The translations under genes were made by a program, and so were the position numbers. DNA of 63,704 nucleotides, filler included, from Lama guanicoe (lineage: Eukaryota), in assembly GCA_013239625.1 (NCBI GenBank). It is 99 parts of 99 records of this genome, joined end to end, with 100 filler letters (N's around TTAATTAATTAA, not from the genome) between each part and the next. Parts side by side here need not be neighbours in the genome. Positions count along the whole stretch, not along the records: positions 10,870 to 11,411 come from PNXV01027434.1; positions 11,512 to 11,941 come from PNXV01027435.1; positions 12,042 to 12,808 come from PNXV01027436.1; positions 12,909 to 13,471 come from PNXV01027437.1; positions 13,572 to 14,313 come from PNXV01027438.1; positions 14,414 to 14,783 come from PNXV01027439.1; positions 14,884 to 15,577 come from PNXV01027440.1; positions 15,678 to 16,095 come from PNXV01027441.1; 91 more parts are not named here. One strand, 5' to 3'. This document shows, piece after piece, positions 10,770 through 24,744 of this stretch (the first letter of the stretch is position 1; each line of letters begins with the position of its first letter). The notes under the pieces were generated by a model that ran no database searches, had not been told where the DNA came from, and saw only the letters and a list, made by a program, of their open reading frames with translations.

Positions 10770-11869
10770 NNNNNNNNNNNNNNNNNNNNNNNNNNNNNNN
10801 NNNNNNNNNNNNNTTAATTAATTAANNNNNNNNNNNNNNNNNNNNNNNNNNNNNNNNNNNNNNNNNNNNGCCCTGATACTGAATGTATTTACTAAATTTT
10901 CTGTCTCTGATTCTGTTATTGGAAAATTTTGTTCTCTTTATAGAAAAGCTCGTTTTATTAATTAAGACACTGTGAAGTGATCTTTACAACTGTGACAACA
11001 GTTATAACTGCCTTCTCGTCCCTCCTGGTTTTTCAAATAGTAAATGTATTTTTATTGACACTGTGTTTCCATCCTCACTGTTATCAGTAATGCAGTGTTA
11101 AACCCAGAGATCATAGGTTTATAATGGTTAATTTATGTCAAAAGCTGCTCCACAGTAATTTTCTCAAGCATGAAGAATTAGTTACTGTTGAGGTGTACTT
11201 GGATGTTTTCAATTTTCAGTCAGTTTCTGAATGCCTATAATCCTACATCAACAAGTAAAAAAAAAACCCTTTGAAACCACAATTTATTTGTTTTTTGTAG
11301 TTTTTCTTCATTATTATTACGTATATTTTATTCATATTGAGGTAGGAGAAGAGCCATGTCTGATGGTTGGCCCAATTCACACTGTGTGAGCATTATTCAA
11401 TTGTCAAAAAANNNNNNNNNNNNNNNNNNNNNNNNNNNNNNNNNNNNNNNNNNNNTTAATTAATTAANNNNNNNNNNNNNNNNNNNNNNNNNNNNNNNNN
11501 NNNNNNNNNNNCCCACACTGCAAATTCTGTAGCCGCCCTGGCTGTCAGGGGGATGCTTGTCTTCTGACTGGGAACACAAGGACTGTCCTCTCGGCCGGGC
11601 CAAGGGGAGGCGACGAGCACAGACCCCGAGCAGCCATCCCATCGCTCGTCGCTTCATCTCGCCCTGAGACCAGACTCCTGCGGAACTTCACAACAGTAAC
11701 AGATCAAGGACCTCCACTCACAGGCATTGGACCCTGGCTCTGTGCCCCGCAGGCACCCAGGTCACCTCATCTGACTCCAACAGTCTTGCAGGTGACGCCT
11801 CCCCGCCCCCTGCACGATGAGAAGCAGCGGTCCAGATACCAAGTCCTTCTGATACAGGAAAAGATGTGG

Positions 11870-11941
11870 GGCGAGAGGGTGGCCTGTCCCAGGTGTGGGT
11901 CCTTGGCTTTGCACAGGAAAGAATTCAAGAGCGAGCCCCAG
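11870..11941 (-). mobile_element. ERV1-type LTR end
   Basis: GGGTCCTTGGCTT...CAGGAAAGAATTCAAGAGCGAGCC shared with 56481-56522. Confidence 0.65.
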
Positions 11942-12041
11942 NNNNNNNNNNNNNNNNNNNNNNNNNNNNNNNNNNNNNNNNNNNNTTAATTAATTAANNN
12001 NNNNNNNNNNNNNNNNNNNNNNNNNNNNNNNNNNNNNNNNN

Positions 12042-12808
12042 TCTTTTGAATAGTCATGTTTCCCGTGGTAAATGTCAGCCAACCGTACCAATTTGGTGCT
12101 TGATTTTAGGTTTGATTCTTTGTTGGTCGGCTTCTAGCTTTTTTCGCAAACAAGTCAGGCCATGCACCTCTCCTTTCTCTTCAAACAGAGAGTCAAATAA
12201 GCTGATTCACTTAAGAGAGTGCTTCCATTCACCTATGATTTCCTGCTTACCTCTCCCATCTTTAGGATTTTGATGCCCTACTTGCCTTCTTCTTATAGCT
12301 TCTTTGCCACTCATGCTCTTCTTGCATTTCCTATAATGGTTTCTTCTTTCCATTTCATCTTGCTGCATTTCTATTCAGGGGAGGTTTCTCAACCTTTCTC
12401 TTAGGATAAATTTTAAACTGCTGAATTCTTTTAAGGTTTGCCGGTCTGTTTATTGTCTAGCTCTGCCGTTATTAGAAATGGTGGTCATGTGGCATAGGCT
12501 ACCCTAGATGGCAGCATTTGGCCATTCAGGTTATGGTCTGTGTCCTGACACTCCTCCCTGTCCTGCAATATTGCTGCCGAGATATCAGCTGAAACCTCTC
12601 TGGATGTTCCCTTGTGACTATGTTGTATCCTCCAGGTGCAATTTAAATCACTGTGATATTCGTGAGCTTTGTTGATTTCAATCATACAGCTGCTGGTATG
12701 TCTATTGGTATTCCACCTCCTTTGGATGCTGTGAAATTCCTGAATACGCATAGATGATACTTTCTTGGCTTTCAGCAAGTTTCAGTCTGATTTTCTACAG
12801 ATAAATTT
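12042..12808 (-). mobile_element. Degraded L1 ORF1/inter-ORF fragment
   Basis: TGCTGCCGAGATATCAGCTGAAACCTCTCTGGATGTTCCCTTGT resembles antisense L1 ORF1. Confidence 0.75.
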
Positions 12809-15005
12809 NNNNNNNNNNNNNNNNNNNNNNNNNNNNNNNNNNNNNNNNNNNNTTAATTAATTAANNNNNNNNNNNNNNNNNNNNNNNNNNNNNNNNNNNN
12901 NNNNNNNNAAAAAACATCGTCCACAGGTAGCAATTGAGTTTTTATTAACATAAAGAACTCCTTAAAGTATAGTTTAATTTGCAATTATAAATCCATTTCC
13001 TTGGCTTAGCATCGTGAAACGTAACAATCTCTCCTAAACACATGCTAATAGTTAGCTTTAAAATTGCAGTGCTAATCTGCTTAATAAACCCAAGGGCCAG
13101 GTAAACTGAGAGTCCCATCCCTGTAAAGGATACATGCAATCAGCTCCACACAGGCTACCACATAGCAGTTAGAAGCTGTGAAAATGTCATAAATGCAAGA
13201 AACATTTTATTTAATTTGCATGATTTAGAAAGTCCAGCCATTTGCTTGAAGCAGATTTTTTTTTTAAGGATGTGCTAAGCATGGAGCTCCTGCAGGGAGA
13301 TGGGCTGTTGTCAGAAGCAACTCACAAACCATTCTGTGGGTGGGGGAACCTGGGGAAACCCACCAGGACAAACATGTTATATTGTGTCGGTGCAGCTAAG
13401 AGAGGCAAGTAGCACTTGCCAATTATTCCTCCAATTAGGTCTATCTAGATCCGTCATCAAATAGCAATTTTNNNNNNNNNNNNNNNNNNNNNNNNNNNNN
13501 NNNNNNNNNNNNNNNTTAATTAATTAANNNNNNNNNNNNNNNNNNNNNNNNNNNNNNNNNNNNNNNNNNNNTAATTATTTCATAAATGTTATCTATGTGT
13601 AGATTTGTATTTGTGTGTGTCAGAGAGAGAAATAGAAAGAAATTTTCTATAGAGATTTGATTATTTGATTATTGCAAACTATTAATGGAAGCTACAGTTT
13701 CCAGGAGTGCATTTAATATTTAATAATAATTGTGCCTTGAATATTTATTATGTGTTAGTGTGTAATAAATCTTTTCATATTCACAAACACACAAAGAAAT
13801 TAATACTGTTATTATTGTTACATCATATTAGTATAGTGAAATTATAAACAAAACATGAGTAATCCTGTCCAAGTTCTTAAAGAAGTCATGGAGCCAGAAT
13901 TCAGCCAATGTCTGACAAAGCAACAGAATGAAATACTTTATAATTTCTCATGCCTGAACCTGAAGGAGAAAGAATCCACATTCATGTGTAACTTAATTTG
14001 AAATACAAAATGCAGCAACATGGCTGTTTGGGTACATCTCCTTTGCCTGGAGATGGCGAGGAAAATCCTGTAAGTGCTTCTCAGTTCCCCAGACCCTCCA
14101 TTCTTCCCCAGACCTCACACCCACTAAGATCAGAGCTGATCATTCCACTTTGCTGTGAGCTCATCATCACTCTGTATCACCTGGCTAATCACCATGCAAG
14201 TTTACATGGATTTAATTTTTGCAAAGTACTAACAAAACCACTTTTTTATATCTTCTTTTTTTTCCTCAGGCACCCTTGGTTGCCTGTAATTAGATCTGGT
14301 TTTCAAACAAGAANNNNNNNNNNNNNNNNNNNNNNNNNNNNNNNNNNNNNNNNNNNNTTAATTAATTAANNNNNNNNNNNNNNNNNNNNNNNNNNNNNNN
14401 NNNNNNNNNNNNNGGAGTAGAAAATAGATCGTGACAGGAAAGTTGTACTGTGGAAAGGTTTCGCACAACAGAGGAGGTGTGAAGCTTGGCCAAGGATAAG
14501 GATTCTTTGACTTTCAAACCACACTGACGGCATTTGTATAATACTCGTGCCTCAGGGACCTCTTCAGTGCACACAGCTACTTACTGTGATAGTCATGGCC
14601 TCTTCCTGGGGCCTTTCATTTCCAAAACTTACGTAGCATGTATCTTTTTTTTTCCCCCTTGGACACTTATTATTTTGGTATCAGAGAGTTGTGAGGAAAG
14701 AGGGTTTTTTGTTTTTTTTTTTACTTTATTTCTATCTGGTTCTGCATTAAGACTAAAATAATAGTTGAAATTCTAGAAATTTANNNNNNNNNNNNNNNNN
14801 NNNNNNNNNNNNNNNNNNNNNNNNNNNTTAATTAATTAANNNNNNNNNNNNNNNNNNNNNNNNNNNNNNNNNNNNNNNNNNNNGGCACGCACAGCATCCC
14901 TGCTCACAAAACTGTAGTTGGCCCACTCATCCATTATTAAGAAGCAAAAAGAAAAAAATTACTCATGTTTCTTACTGAAATTATTTATGAGGTGGAAAAA
15001 GAAAT

Positions 15006-15547
15006 TGTAATACAAAAGAACAAATTTGACTCCATGTTAGATGCGTTCATTTCGCTTTAAACCTGTACCATGTTTTCTAGGCTGAGACTTGCTATCTCTG
15101 CACCTTTTTTGAAAGGAAGTTGCCTTTAGCCTGAAATATACAGGAGAGCCTATTCTCTGAGCTCTGATCTTCAAGGATGTTAGCTCTTCTACACTTACGT
15201 AGAGATGGCAAGTTGCAAAATAGAGAATAACTTTTGTTTTTTTTTTTTGGAGGTTTTACGGGGACACTATGATTTGACCCACATGGACAGCTGCAAGAAC
15301 GAAGGATTTCAAGGAGAAACAATTCGTACAGGAAGAAGTTTGCAACAACCAACCACACCCCCGCCGCTTTTTACTGTAAAAGGAGACTGAATTCTGACTT
15401 GGGGAAGAGAGATCTCCTGGATAACAGTATGCCATCTTCTGGGTCTGCCAGCTTTTCAAATAAACTCACTATTCCTTACTCCAAAATCTCATCTCCCATT
15501 TTTTGGCCTGTCATGCTGCAAGCAGAACGAGTTTGGACTTGGTAAAA
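15006..15547 (+). mobile_element. Solo ERV1-type LTR
   Basis: TGTAATA start, AATAAA near 15459, GGTAA end, candidate 4-bp TSD AAAT (15002-15005 and 15548-15551); homologous to 40733-41160. Confidence 0.8.
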
Positions 15548-16883
15548 AAATGACTGCATTGGAGGTAGTATGTCTCCNNNNNNNNNNNNNNNNNNNNNNN
15601 NNNNNNNNNNNNNNNNNNNNNTTAATTAATTAANNNNNNNNNNNNNNNNNNNNNNNNNNNNNNNNNNNNNNNNNNNNACTTCAATAAAATAAAAATTAAA
15701 AAATTAAGTCAGTAATTCATATTAGAGCTATATCCCTGTGGTTATTAAGTTCTGTAAGTTTATTTGTTTAATAAAGTAAATAAAAAAACTATTTGCATCA
15801 CTTTTTTCATAGAGTAGACAATGTTTGATTATATACCCACTGAATGTGAGAGCTGCAAGAGATTTTGGAAAATTCTCAGCATCCCTATGTATCTCCAGTT
15901 TATAGATAAGTCACCTGAGGTCCAGTGACAGCACCGCTTGAACAATGACAGAAGCAAGTTTCTCTGACACCTGTTTCACATTTCTTGTTTATCGAGGAAG
16001 AATGAAGAACTTTCCTTTCTCAAAGTTCAATGGACATATCCTTTAGCTATATCATTTTTAATGGAGAGTGACATTAGGCAACATTTGAAAGATATNNNNN
16101 NNNNNNNNNNNNNNNNNNNNNNNNNNNNNNNNNNNNNNNTTAATTAATTAANNNNNNNNNNNNNNNNNNNNNNNNNNNNNNNNNNNNNNNNNNNNTATAG
16201 GTAATTCTTCCAGTTGCGTTTCGGAGTGCTCACAGAAATAGACAACAGCATCACATAGGTAACTCTACTGCAGATGTTACTAACTTTTCCTTCACAAGAT
16301 GTGATTTAGACTTAGAAGTATTCTGCATTATAATGTGCTATCAGTGAGTCAAACTTAGTACTCTTTACATAAATGATTTACACAGACTTTCATTTCACTT
16401 TTTTATACTTATTGTATTCTGAATGAGCATGAGTCATATATAGTTTATTTGTTGGTACAAGCACTCAGTTATTTTATTCAATAAATTCTTACTGAGTGCT
16501 TACTTTCTCTCAAGAAATCTTGGAGGAGAATTAAGAAAATGAGAATTGCTCTAATCTATCTGACTTTTTCTTCAAAGTTGGAAGTCTCATGTACATGTAA
16601 TTTTTGAGATATGAATCTATTCATATATATTCACATACACTTTTTAAAATGTAGATGGAATTGTTAAATTATCAATCAAATATAATATTTGCTGTGCATT
16701 ACATATATATTTAAAACCATATGATATATAACTTGATGTACTAATTAATTTTGAAATATTGCTTTTTTAATCTAATCTCATATNNNNNNNNNNNNNNNNN
16801 NNNNNNNNNNNNNNNNNNNNNNNNNNNTTAATTAATTAANNNNNNNNNNNNNNNNNNNNNNNNNNNNNNNNNNNNNNNNNNNN

Positions 16884-17318
16884 AGGGTTTTCCTAATTTC
16901 TCTGTGCCAGGGAATGCTAGGGGGTGTTTGCATGATATCCCAGTGACAGAGGCTTCCTCCTCAAGGTCAGGGAAGTTATTCCTCGGACTTCCCCGTACAG
17001 GGAACACCTGTGACTGAAGAGAACTGTGTGGAGTTGTCTCTCGAGCTCCCCCACGCACTGACAATGTTTTCGGAATCCTGAGCGTGAGGAGGTTCCACCA
17101 ACGGTCGGCAGCGCGTGGGTTCTAACGGAAAGCCTAAGCTCGTCTCCCCTGAGGGTTTTCCTAATTTCTCTGTGCCAGGGAATGCTAGGGGGGTTTGCAG
17201 GATATCCCAGGGACAGAGGCTGCCTCCCCAAGGTCAGGGAAGTTATTTCTCGCACTTACCCGAACAGGAAACACCTGTGACTGAAGAGAACTGTGTGGAG
17301 TTGTCTCTCGAGCTCCCC
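16884..17318 (-). repeat. 267-bp satellite
   Basis: Same family, reverse orientation. Confidence 0.97.
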
Positions 17319-17418
17319 NNNNNNNNNNNNNNNNNNNNNNNNNNNNNNNNNNNNNNNNNNNNTTAATTAATTAANNNNNNNNNNNNNNNNNNNNNNNNNN
17401 NNNNNNNNNNNNNNNNNN

Positions 17419-17828
17419 CTCTATTCTATATTCTATATCCTGTGTTCTACATTTTATAGTCTAAATCACATATTCAGCGTTCTGTGTTCTTTTTCTAAAT
17501 TCTGTGTTCTGCATTCCATGTTCTAAATTCTGGTTTCTATATCCTCTATTCTATATTCTATATCCTGTGTTCTACATTTTATAGTCTAAATCACATATTC
17601 AGCGTTCTGTGTTCTTTTTCTAAATTCTGTGTTCTGCTTTCCATATTCTAAATTCTCTTTTCGATATTCTTTATTCTCTGTTCCTCTTTCATATTCTAAT
17701 TTCTGTATTCAATATTTTGTATTCTATATTGTAAATTCTATTCTATGCATTCTATTTCTAAATTCTGGGTTCTATAATATATTTTATATATTCTATATTC
17801 TGTGTTCTTCATTCTAGATTCTACTTTC
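17419..17828. repeat. Heptamer-based satellite
   Basis: 7-mer repeats; duplicated block with period 125 (17461 and 17586). Confidence 0.95.
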
Positions 17829-18553
17829 NNNNNNNNNNNNNNNNNNNNNNNNNNNNNNNNNNNNNNNNNNNNTTAATTAATTAANNNNNNNNNNNNNNNN
17901 NNNNNNNNNNNNNNNNNNNNNNNNNNNNAAAGTCTGCAGAGGCTTGGGTTTCGTGCCTTGGCAGGCTTCAGAAAGTGTTCAGGGAGCCCTAGGCAAGACA
18001 GGAGATGGGTGGTGGGGTCCGAGCAGGTGAACCCAAGGTTCTCGGCAGACACTGGCCTCGGCCGGGAGGGTTCGCTCCGCCGGCCTCCAGGAGAGAGAGG
18101 GTCCCTGATGGAAAGCAGCCAGGGGATGCCGGTGACAGTGTCGATGCGATAAGGGCACCGCTGATGTTGATTACACTTACAACATGCCCGCCACTGTCCA
18201 GAGTTCCTGTAAACACGCATGGTCTCATCCCGTCCCCAGTGACCCCGTAAATTAGGCCCTTTAGCGTCTCCCCATTTCATGGTTGGAGAAATGGAAGTGT
18301 GGAGGCGTTAAGGTGATTTTTGCAAAGTCTCAGCTGCCAAGTGGAACCTGTGTGATCCCTCGCCCCAGTTCCACGCCTGCGCTGTTCTGAGGCTGGAAGG
18401 CCGGGGCTGGAAGGCCGGGGCTCAACTCCACTGACAACTGCGCGACCTTGGATNNNNNNNNNNNNNNNNNNNNNNNNNNNNNNNNNNNNNNNNNNNNTTA
18501 ATTAATTAANNNNNNNNNNNNNNNNNNNNNNNNNNNNNNNNNNNNNNNNNNNN

Positions 18554-19149
18554 TTCAAAAAACCCCCCTAGCGTTCCCTGGCTCAGAGACATTAGGAAAA
18601 CTTTCAGGGGTGACAAGCTTAGGCATTCCCTTAGAACCCACGGGCTGCCGACCTTTGGTGGATCCTCCACACGCTCAGGTTTCCGGAACAATTGTCAGTG
18701 TGTGGGGAAGCTGGAGAGACATCTCCACGCAGCTCTCTTCAGTCACAGGTGTTCCCGGTTCAGGGGAAGACCGAGAAATAGCTTCCCTGACCTTTGTGAG
18801 GCAGTCGCTGACACTGGACTTGCCAGTGCAGACCCCAGCATTCCCTGACAGCCAGACATTTGGAAAACCATCAAGGGAGACAAGCTAAGGCATTGCCTTA
18901 GAACCCGCGCGTTGCCGAATGTTGGTGGAACCACCCCACACTCAGCATTCAAGAACCATTTTCTGTGCTTGGGGGAGCTCGAGAGACAACTCCACACAGC
19001 TCCCGCCGTCACAGGTGTTCCCTGCTAGGGGGAAGTCTGAGAAATTTCTTCCCTGTCCTTGGGGAGGCAACCGCTGACACTGGAAATGCCAGCACAGACG
19101 CCCAGCATTTCCTGGCAGACAGATATTTGGAAAACACTCAGGGGAGACT
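18554..19149 (+). repeat. 267-bp satellite, diverged monomers
   Basis: Family motifs with many substitutions. Confidence 0.93.
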
Positions 19150-19249
19150 NNNNNNNNNNNNNNNNNNNNNNNNNNNNNNNNNNNNNNNNNNNNTTAATTA
19201 ATTAANNNNNNNNNNNNNNNNNNNNNNNNNNNNNNNNNNNNNNNNNNNN

Positions 19250-20148
19250 TTCCCTGACCTTGGGGTGGCAGCCTCTGTCACTGGGATTTCCTGCAAATAC
19301 CCCTAGCATTCGTGGCACAGAGACATTAGGAAAAATCCCAGGGGAGTCGAGCATAGGCATTGTGTTAGAACCCACGCTCTGCCGACAGTTTTTGGAGCCT
19401 CCCAACACTCAGGATTCCGGAACCATTGTCCGAGCGTATGGAGCACGAGAGACAACTCCACGCAGCTCTCTTCAGTCACAGGTGTTCCCTGTTAGGGGGA
19501 ATTCTGAGAAATACCTTCCCTGACCTTGGGGTGGCAGCCTCTGTCACTGGGATTTCCTGCAAATACCCCTAGCATTCGTGGCACAGAGACATTAGGAAAA
19601 AACCCAGGGGAGTCGAGCATAGGCATTGTGTTAGAACCCACGCTCTGCCGACAGTTTTTGGAGCCTCCCAACACTCAGGATTCCGGAACCATTGTCCGAG
19701 CGTATGGAGCACGAGAGACAACTCCACGCAGCTCTCTTCAGTCACAGCTGTTCCTGTTAGGGGGAATTCTGAGAAATTTCTTCCCTGACCTTGGGGAGTC
19801 AGTCTCTGTCACTGGGATTGCTTGCAAACCCCTCTAGCATTCCCTGGCACAGAGACATTAGGAAAAAGCCCAGGGGAGTCGAGCATAGGCATTGTGTTAG
19901 AACCCACGCTCTGCCGACAGTTTTTGGAGCCTCCCAACACTCAGGATTCCGGAACCATTGTCAGTGCGTGGGGAGGTCGAGAGACAACTCCACGCAGCTC
20001 TCTTCAGTCACAGCTGTTCCTGTTAGGGGGAATTCTGAGAAATTTCTTCCCTGACCTTGGGGAGTCAGTCTCTGTCACTGGGATTGCTTGCAAACCCCTC
20101 TAGCATTCCCTGGCACAGAAATATTAGGAAAAAACCCAGGGGAGACGA
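19250..20148 (+). repeat. 267-bp family satellite (266-bp monomers, two variants)
   Basis: Monomers start near 19250, 19516, 19782 and 20047. Confidence 0.97.
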
Positions 20149-20248
20149 NNNNNNNNNNNNNNNNNNNNNNNNNNNNNNNNNNNNNNNNNNNNTTAATTAA
20201 TTAANNNNNNNNNNNNNNNNNNNNNNNNNNNNNNNNNNNNNNNNNNNN

Positions 20249-20530
20249 CTTCTTTTACTTGATCACCCCCCCACTTGTTTTAGTACCATGTTTTTTATTC
20301 TGGATGCTGTCATTTTTCTCCCTGTTTTTCTGTGTTTGATTTCTTTTTTCATGGTATTATACACAGAAAAGTTGTTTGAAATAATTTTTATCTTCTTAAA
20401 TTTGTTGAGACTTCTTCGGTGCCTGAGTTCATAATCTTTCCTAGAAAATGCACCATACGCAGTGGAAAAGAATGTATATTATGTTTTGGGTAGAAGTAAT
20501 GCTTTGAATGTATCAACCAACTCCAATTAT
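20249..20530 (-). mobile_element. L1 ORF2 endonuclease-region fragment
   Basis: AAATTTGTTGAGACTT...CTAGAAAATG...GAAAAGAATGTATATT is antisense L1 ORF2. Confidence 0.8.
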
Positions 20531-21272
20531 NNNNNNNNNNNNNNNNNNNNNNNNNNNNNNNNNNNNNNNNNNNNTTAATTAATTAANNNNNNNNNNNNNN
20601 NNNNNNNNNNNNNNNNNNNNNNNNNNNNNNGTTACCAGCCTATTCTCAAGCCGATGTTAATTAAACAATCTTATCTGTTCTCAGCATATATCAGAAGAAA
20701 TTACTTCTGATTTTGTCAAGAAAAGTTTTATCCAGGCTTCCCAGGTCTGAACCCCTACCATGCCCTCTGTATTGCCATCTCCATGATGTAATCAGACATT
20801 TTATTTGTTGAATCAACTGGGTACATGAAGTACTTGGACACGTGTCTAAAGAATGTGCTTATACAACCTGGGTAATCACTTCAAATCAATGTTAGGTTCA
20901 TATTTCTCTTTATACACTTGAAGTTCTAATGCTTACAATATAAGCAGCAGCATACATCTCTTGGCTAGGAATCCATTCAGGTTGGTAAAGTGTGAATTTT
21001 GCTCATTATTCTTAAGTATATTTGGTGTAAAATCTTGGTGCCTCTCTCTAGCAATAAAAGGAATAACATATAATGTTTCCTAATTTCTTACAAAAACAAT
21101 CTCTGTCTAGAAATTATGCTTCCTGTTCTTTTAATGTTTTTATGAAAGAATAGAGAAGAATATGACATAGGTNNNNNNNNNNNNNNNNNNNNNNNNNNNN
21201 NNNNNNNNNNNNNNNNTTAATTAATTAANNNNNNNNNNNNNNNNNNNNNNNNNNNNNNNNNNNNNNNNNNNN

Positions 21273-21782
21273 AAATTCTATATTCAGTATTCTGTATTTT
21301 ATATTCTAAATTCTGTGTTTTTCATTCCATGTTCTAAATCTGTATTCAGTATTCTGCTTTCTATATCTAAATTTTGTGTTCTGCATTCCATGTTCTAAAT
21401 TCTGTGTTCCGCATTCTATGTTCTAAATTTTATACTCAGTATTCCGTATTCTCTATTCTATATTCTGTGTTCTACATTCTATATTCTAAATTCTATATTC
21501 AGCATTCTGTATTCTATTCTATATTCAGCTTCTGTGCTTGTCTATATTCTGTGTTCTACATTCTATATTCTATTCTGTATACTCAGTATTCCGTATTCTC
21601 TATTCTATATTCTGTGTTCTACATTCTATATTCTAAATTCTATATTCAGTATATTGTATTCTATAGTCTTAATTATGTGTTCTACATTCCATGTTTAAAG
21701 TCTGTGTCCTATATTCTCTATTCTATATACTAAGTTTTGTGCTATTCTTTCTATATTCTACATTCTATATTCTGCATTCCGT
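21273..21782. repeat. Heptamer-based satellite
   Basis: Tandem TATATTC variants. Confidence 0.95.
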
Positions 21783-21910
21783 NNNNNNNNNNNNNNNNNN
21801 NNNNNNNNNNNNNNNNNNNNNNNNNNTTAATTAATTAANNNNNNNNNNNNNNNNNNNNNNNNNNNNNNNNNNNNNNNNNNNNTTTTTTTTTTGAATTATG
21901 TTTGTACTAT

Positions 21911-22251
21911 TGTTGAAAAACAAAATTCAACTGAGTAAATTTTAAAGACCTGATTGGTTTTATTCAGCAATTCATGAATCAAACAGTATCCAATCTAGCA
22001 GGGAGAAAGAAGCTCTAAGGAGCTGTACTAAATGAAAGATTTTTATAGGGAGCAGGGACAAAGAAGTTACACTAGACAAGAAGACTGGTTGATTACTTCA
22101 AGGACACTTTCCTTTAGGGGATGGTGGGGGTCTATCTGGCAGATTACTGCCGGAGTGCTGATTAGGCAATTCCTGATTGATTGGTGTAAGATTCCACTTC
22201 TGGGGGAGCTGAGATTGTAATTAAATTGGTTTGATGATGTGGGTCTTAGCA
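21911..22251 (-). mobile_element. ERV1-type LTR fragment
   Basis: TGTTG terminus, antisense polyA signal TTTATT near 21958, repeated GATTGG (CCAAT) boxes. Confidence 0.65.
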
Positions 22252-22988
22252 NNNNNNNNNNNNNNNNNNNNNNNNNNNNNNNNNNNNNNNNNNNNTTAAT
22301 TAATTAANNNNNNNNNNNNNNNNNNNNNNNNNNNNNNNNNNNNNNNNNNNNAGCGTTAGAAACAAGATAAAAGAAGATAATAAAAAATGATAAAAGGGAG
22401 AAAAAAAGGAAAGAAAAAGAAGACGTGTGGAAAAGAAAAAGGAAAGGTGACAGTGGTGAGAACAGTTAGGAAACCTGAGAGACAGACAGGACTAGACTGG
22501 ACACTAAATAGGGGGGGAACACAAGATATTAAAAGGAGGAAAATACAAACATGACATAAGTGGAGTATAAACTGGAGTTTAAGACAGAAAGAAGCACGAG
22601 GCACAAGTACAACAACTCTAGGGGAGAGAACTGCATCCTCCGGGGGCTATTAAATGTTCCTCAGCTCAGGATCAGAGACAGTGGAGTGCTTACAAAGAAA
22701 CCTTGCACTCTATGGTAATCGAGATAGTTGGAGAGTTTACCTTCATCAGTAACTATCTGAAAAGAAAAATACTAAGATGAGAAGACCACCATTGGGGGGA
22801 GCGCTGCAGGCAGTCCAGGGCTTAGCGCTAGAATGTTCATAGACGGGTCATTGGCTCTTTCATCCACAGGTCATGAAGTGAAACACTCNNNNNNNNNNNN
22901 NNNNNNNNNNNNNNNNNNNNNNNNNNNNNNNNTTAATTAATTAANNNNNNNNNNNNNNNNNNNNNNNNNNNNNNNNNNNNNNNNNNNN

Positions 22989-23914
22989 AACATCAAACTG
23001 GCACTAGGATACAAACTGAGAACCCAGAGTAAGTGTTCCCCTTGAAACCGTTATTTTATTGCTCGATCAACGAACGTGTTTCCTCATGCTCAGTTTTGAG
23101 AGATATGTGTTTGTTAAAGCCGCACTTCACCTAGCTTGAAGGGAACACAAAGTTCCTTTTCGATTGCTAACACCACTAAATACATATATCAGGGTTGGTT
23201 AAAGCTCCAACTCAGGTTTACATTAAAAATGCAGGAACTTTAAACTGACACTAGAAGACAGTCTGAGAATCCAGAGTAAGAGTTTAACCTGCAAACCGTT
23301 CCGTTTTTGCTGGATGAACGAACGTCTGTCCACATGCCCAATTCTGAGAGATAAGTGTGTGTGAAAGCCCATTTTCACCAACTAGCTTGAAGGGAACACA
23401 AAGTTTCTTTCCAGTTGCTAACACCACTACATACATATATCAGGGGTGGTAAAAGCTCCAACTCGGTTTTACAGTGAAACTGCAGGAACTTCAGACCGGC
23501 ACAAGGAAATAGACTGAGATACCAAAGTACGATTTTTTTCTGCTACCTGTTCCTTTTGTGCTGGATGAACAAATATCTCTCCACATGCTCAGTTCTGAGA
23601 GATGAGAGTGTTTGAAAACCGTACCTCAACTAACTTGAAGGGAACACAAACTTTCTTTTCAGTTGCAATCTACACTGCATATATCTACATGGGGAAGTAC
23701 AAGCTCCAAACTTATTTAACAATAAAAAATCCAGGAACCTTAAACTGACACTAGAAAACAGGCTGAGAATCCACAGTAATTGTTTTTCCTGCAAATGTTT
23801 CATTTTCTGCTGGATGAACGAACTTCTCTCCCCATGCTAAATTCTGAGAGATAATTGTGTGCAACCCATCCTTCACCGAACTTCAAGGGAACACAAAGTT
23901 TCTTTTCAGTTGCA
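22989..23914 (+). repeat. ~248-bp satellite
   Basis: GGGAACACAAA at 23141, 23392, 23640 and 23887 (periods 251, 248, 247). Confidence 0.95.
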
Positions 23915-24237
23915 NNNNNNNNNNNNNNNNNNNNNNNNNNNNNNNNNNNNNNNNNNNNTTAATTAATTAANNNNNNNNNNNNNNNNNNNNNNNNNNNNNN
24001 NNNNNNNNNNNNNNGCTTCTGGCTCTATTCATTAGAGGCTAAATGCTGCACCAGTGGTAAATCGACTTCCAGCTTAATTTATCCAGTTAATTCTCCATAA
24101 TTCAACTCTTGAATTCATTGCAGGCTATGCGGAAGACTGGCAGCAATTACTTTCTTTGTAAACAGTTACGTTATGATGTAGCTTTAATTAAATATTATTT
24201 TGGAAATTAGACAGAATCTTGACGATTATTGTAATAA

Positions 24238-24456
24238 TCCTCCTCCACCTCCTCCTCCACCTCCAACTCCTCCTCTTCCACCTCCTCCTCCTCCACCTGC
24301 TCCTCCTCCACCTCCTCCTCCACATTCTCCTCCTACACATCCTCCTCTTCCTCCTCATCCACATCCTCCTCCTCCTCCACCACATTCTCCTCCTGCACAT
24401 CCTCCTCCTCCACATCCTCCTCCACATCCTCCTCCTCCTCCATCTCCTCCACCCTC

Positions 24457-24457
<1 letters not shown>
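24238..24457. repeat. Compound (CCT/CCA/CAT)n trinucleotide repeat
   Basis: Directly visible, about 73 triplets. Confidence 0.97.
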
Positions 24458-24644
<187 letters not shown>

Positions 24645-24744
24645 NNNNNNNNNNNNNNNNNNNNNNNNNNNNNNNNNNNNNNNNNNNNTTAATTAATTAA
24701 NNNNNNNNNNNNNNNNNNNNNNNNNNNNNNNNNNNNNNNNNNNN

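Noticed and set aside
22660..22775. Minus-strand acceptor tattttcttttcAG at 22758-22757 followed by IVTDEGKLSNYLDYHRVQGFF
   Set aside because: No recognisable homology and ambiguous donor; not enough support for an exon.
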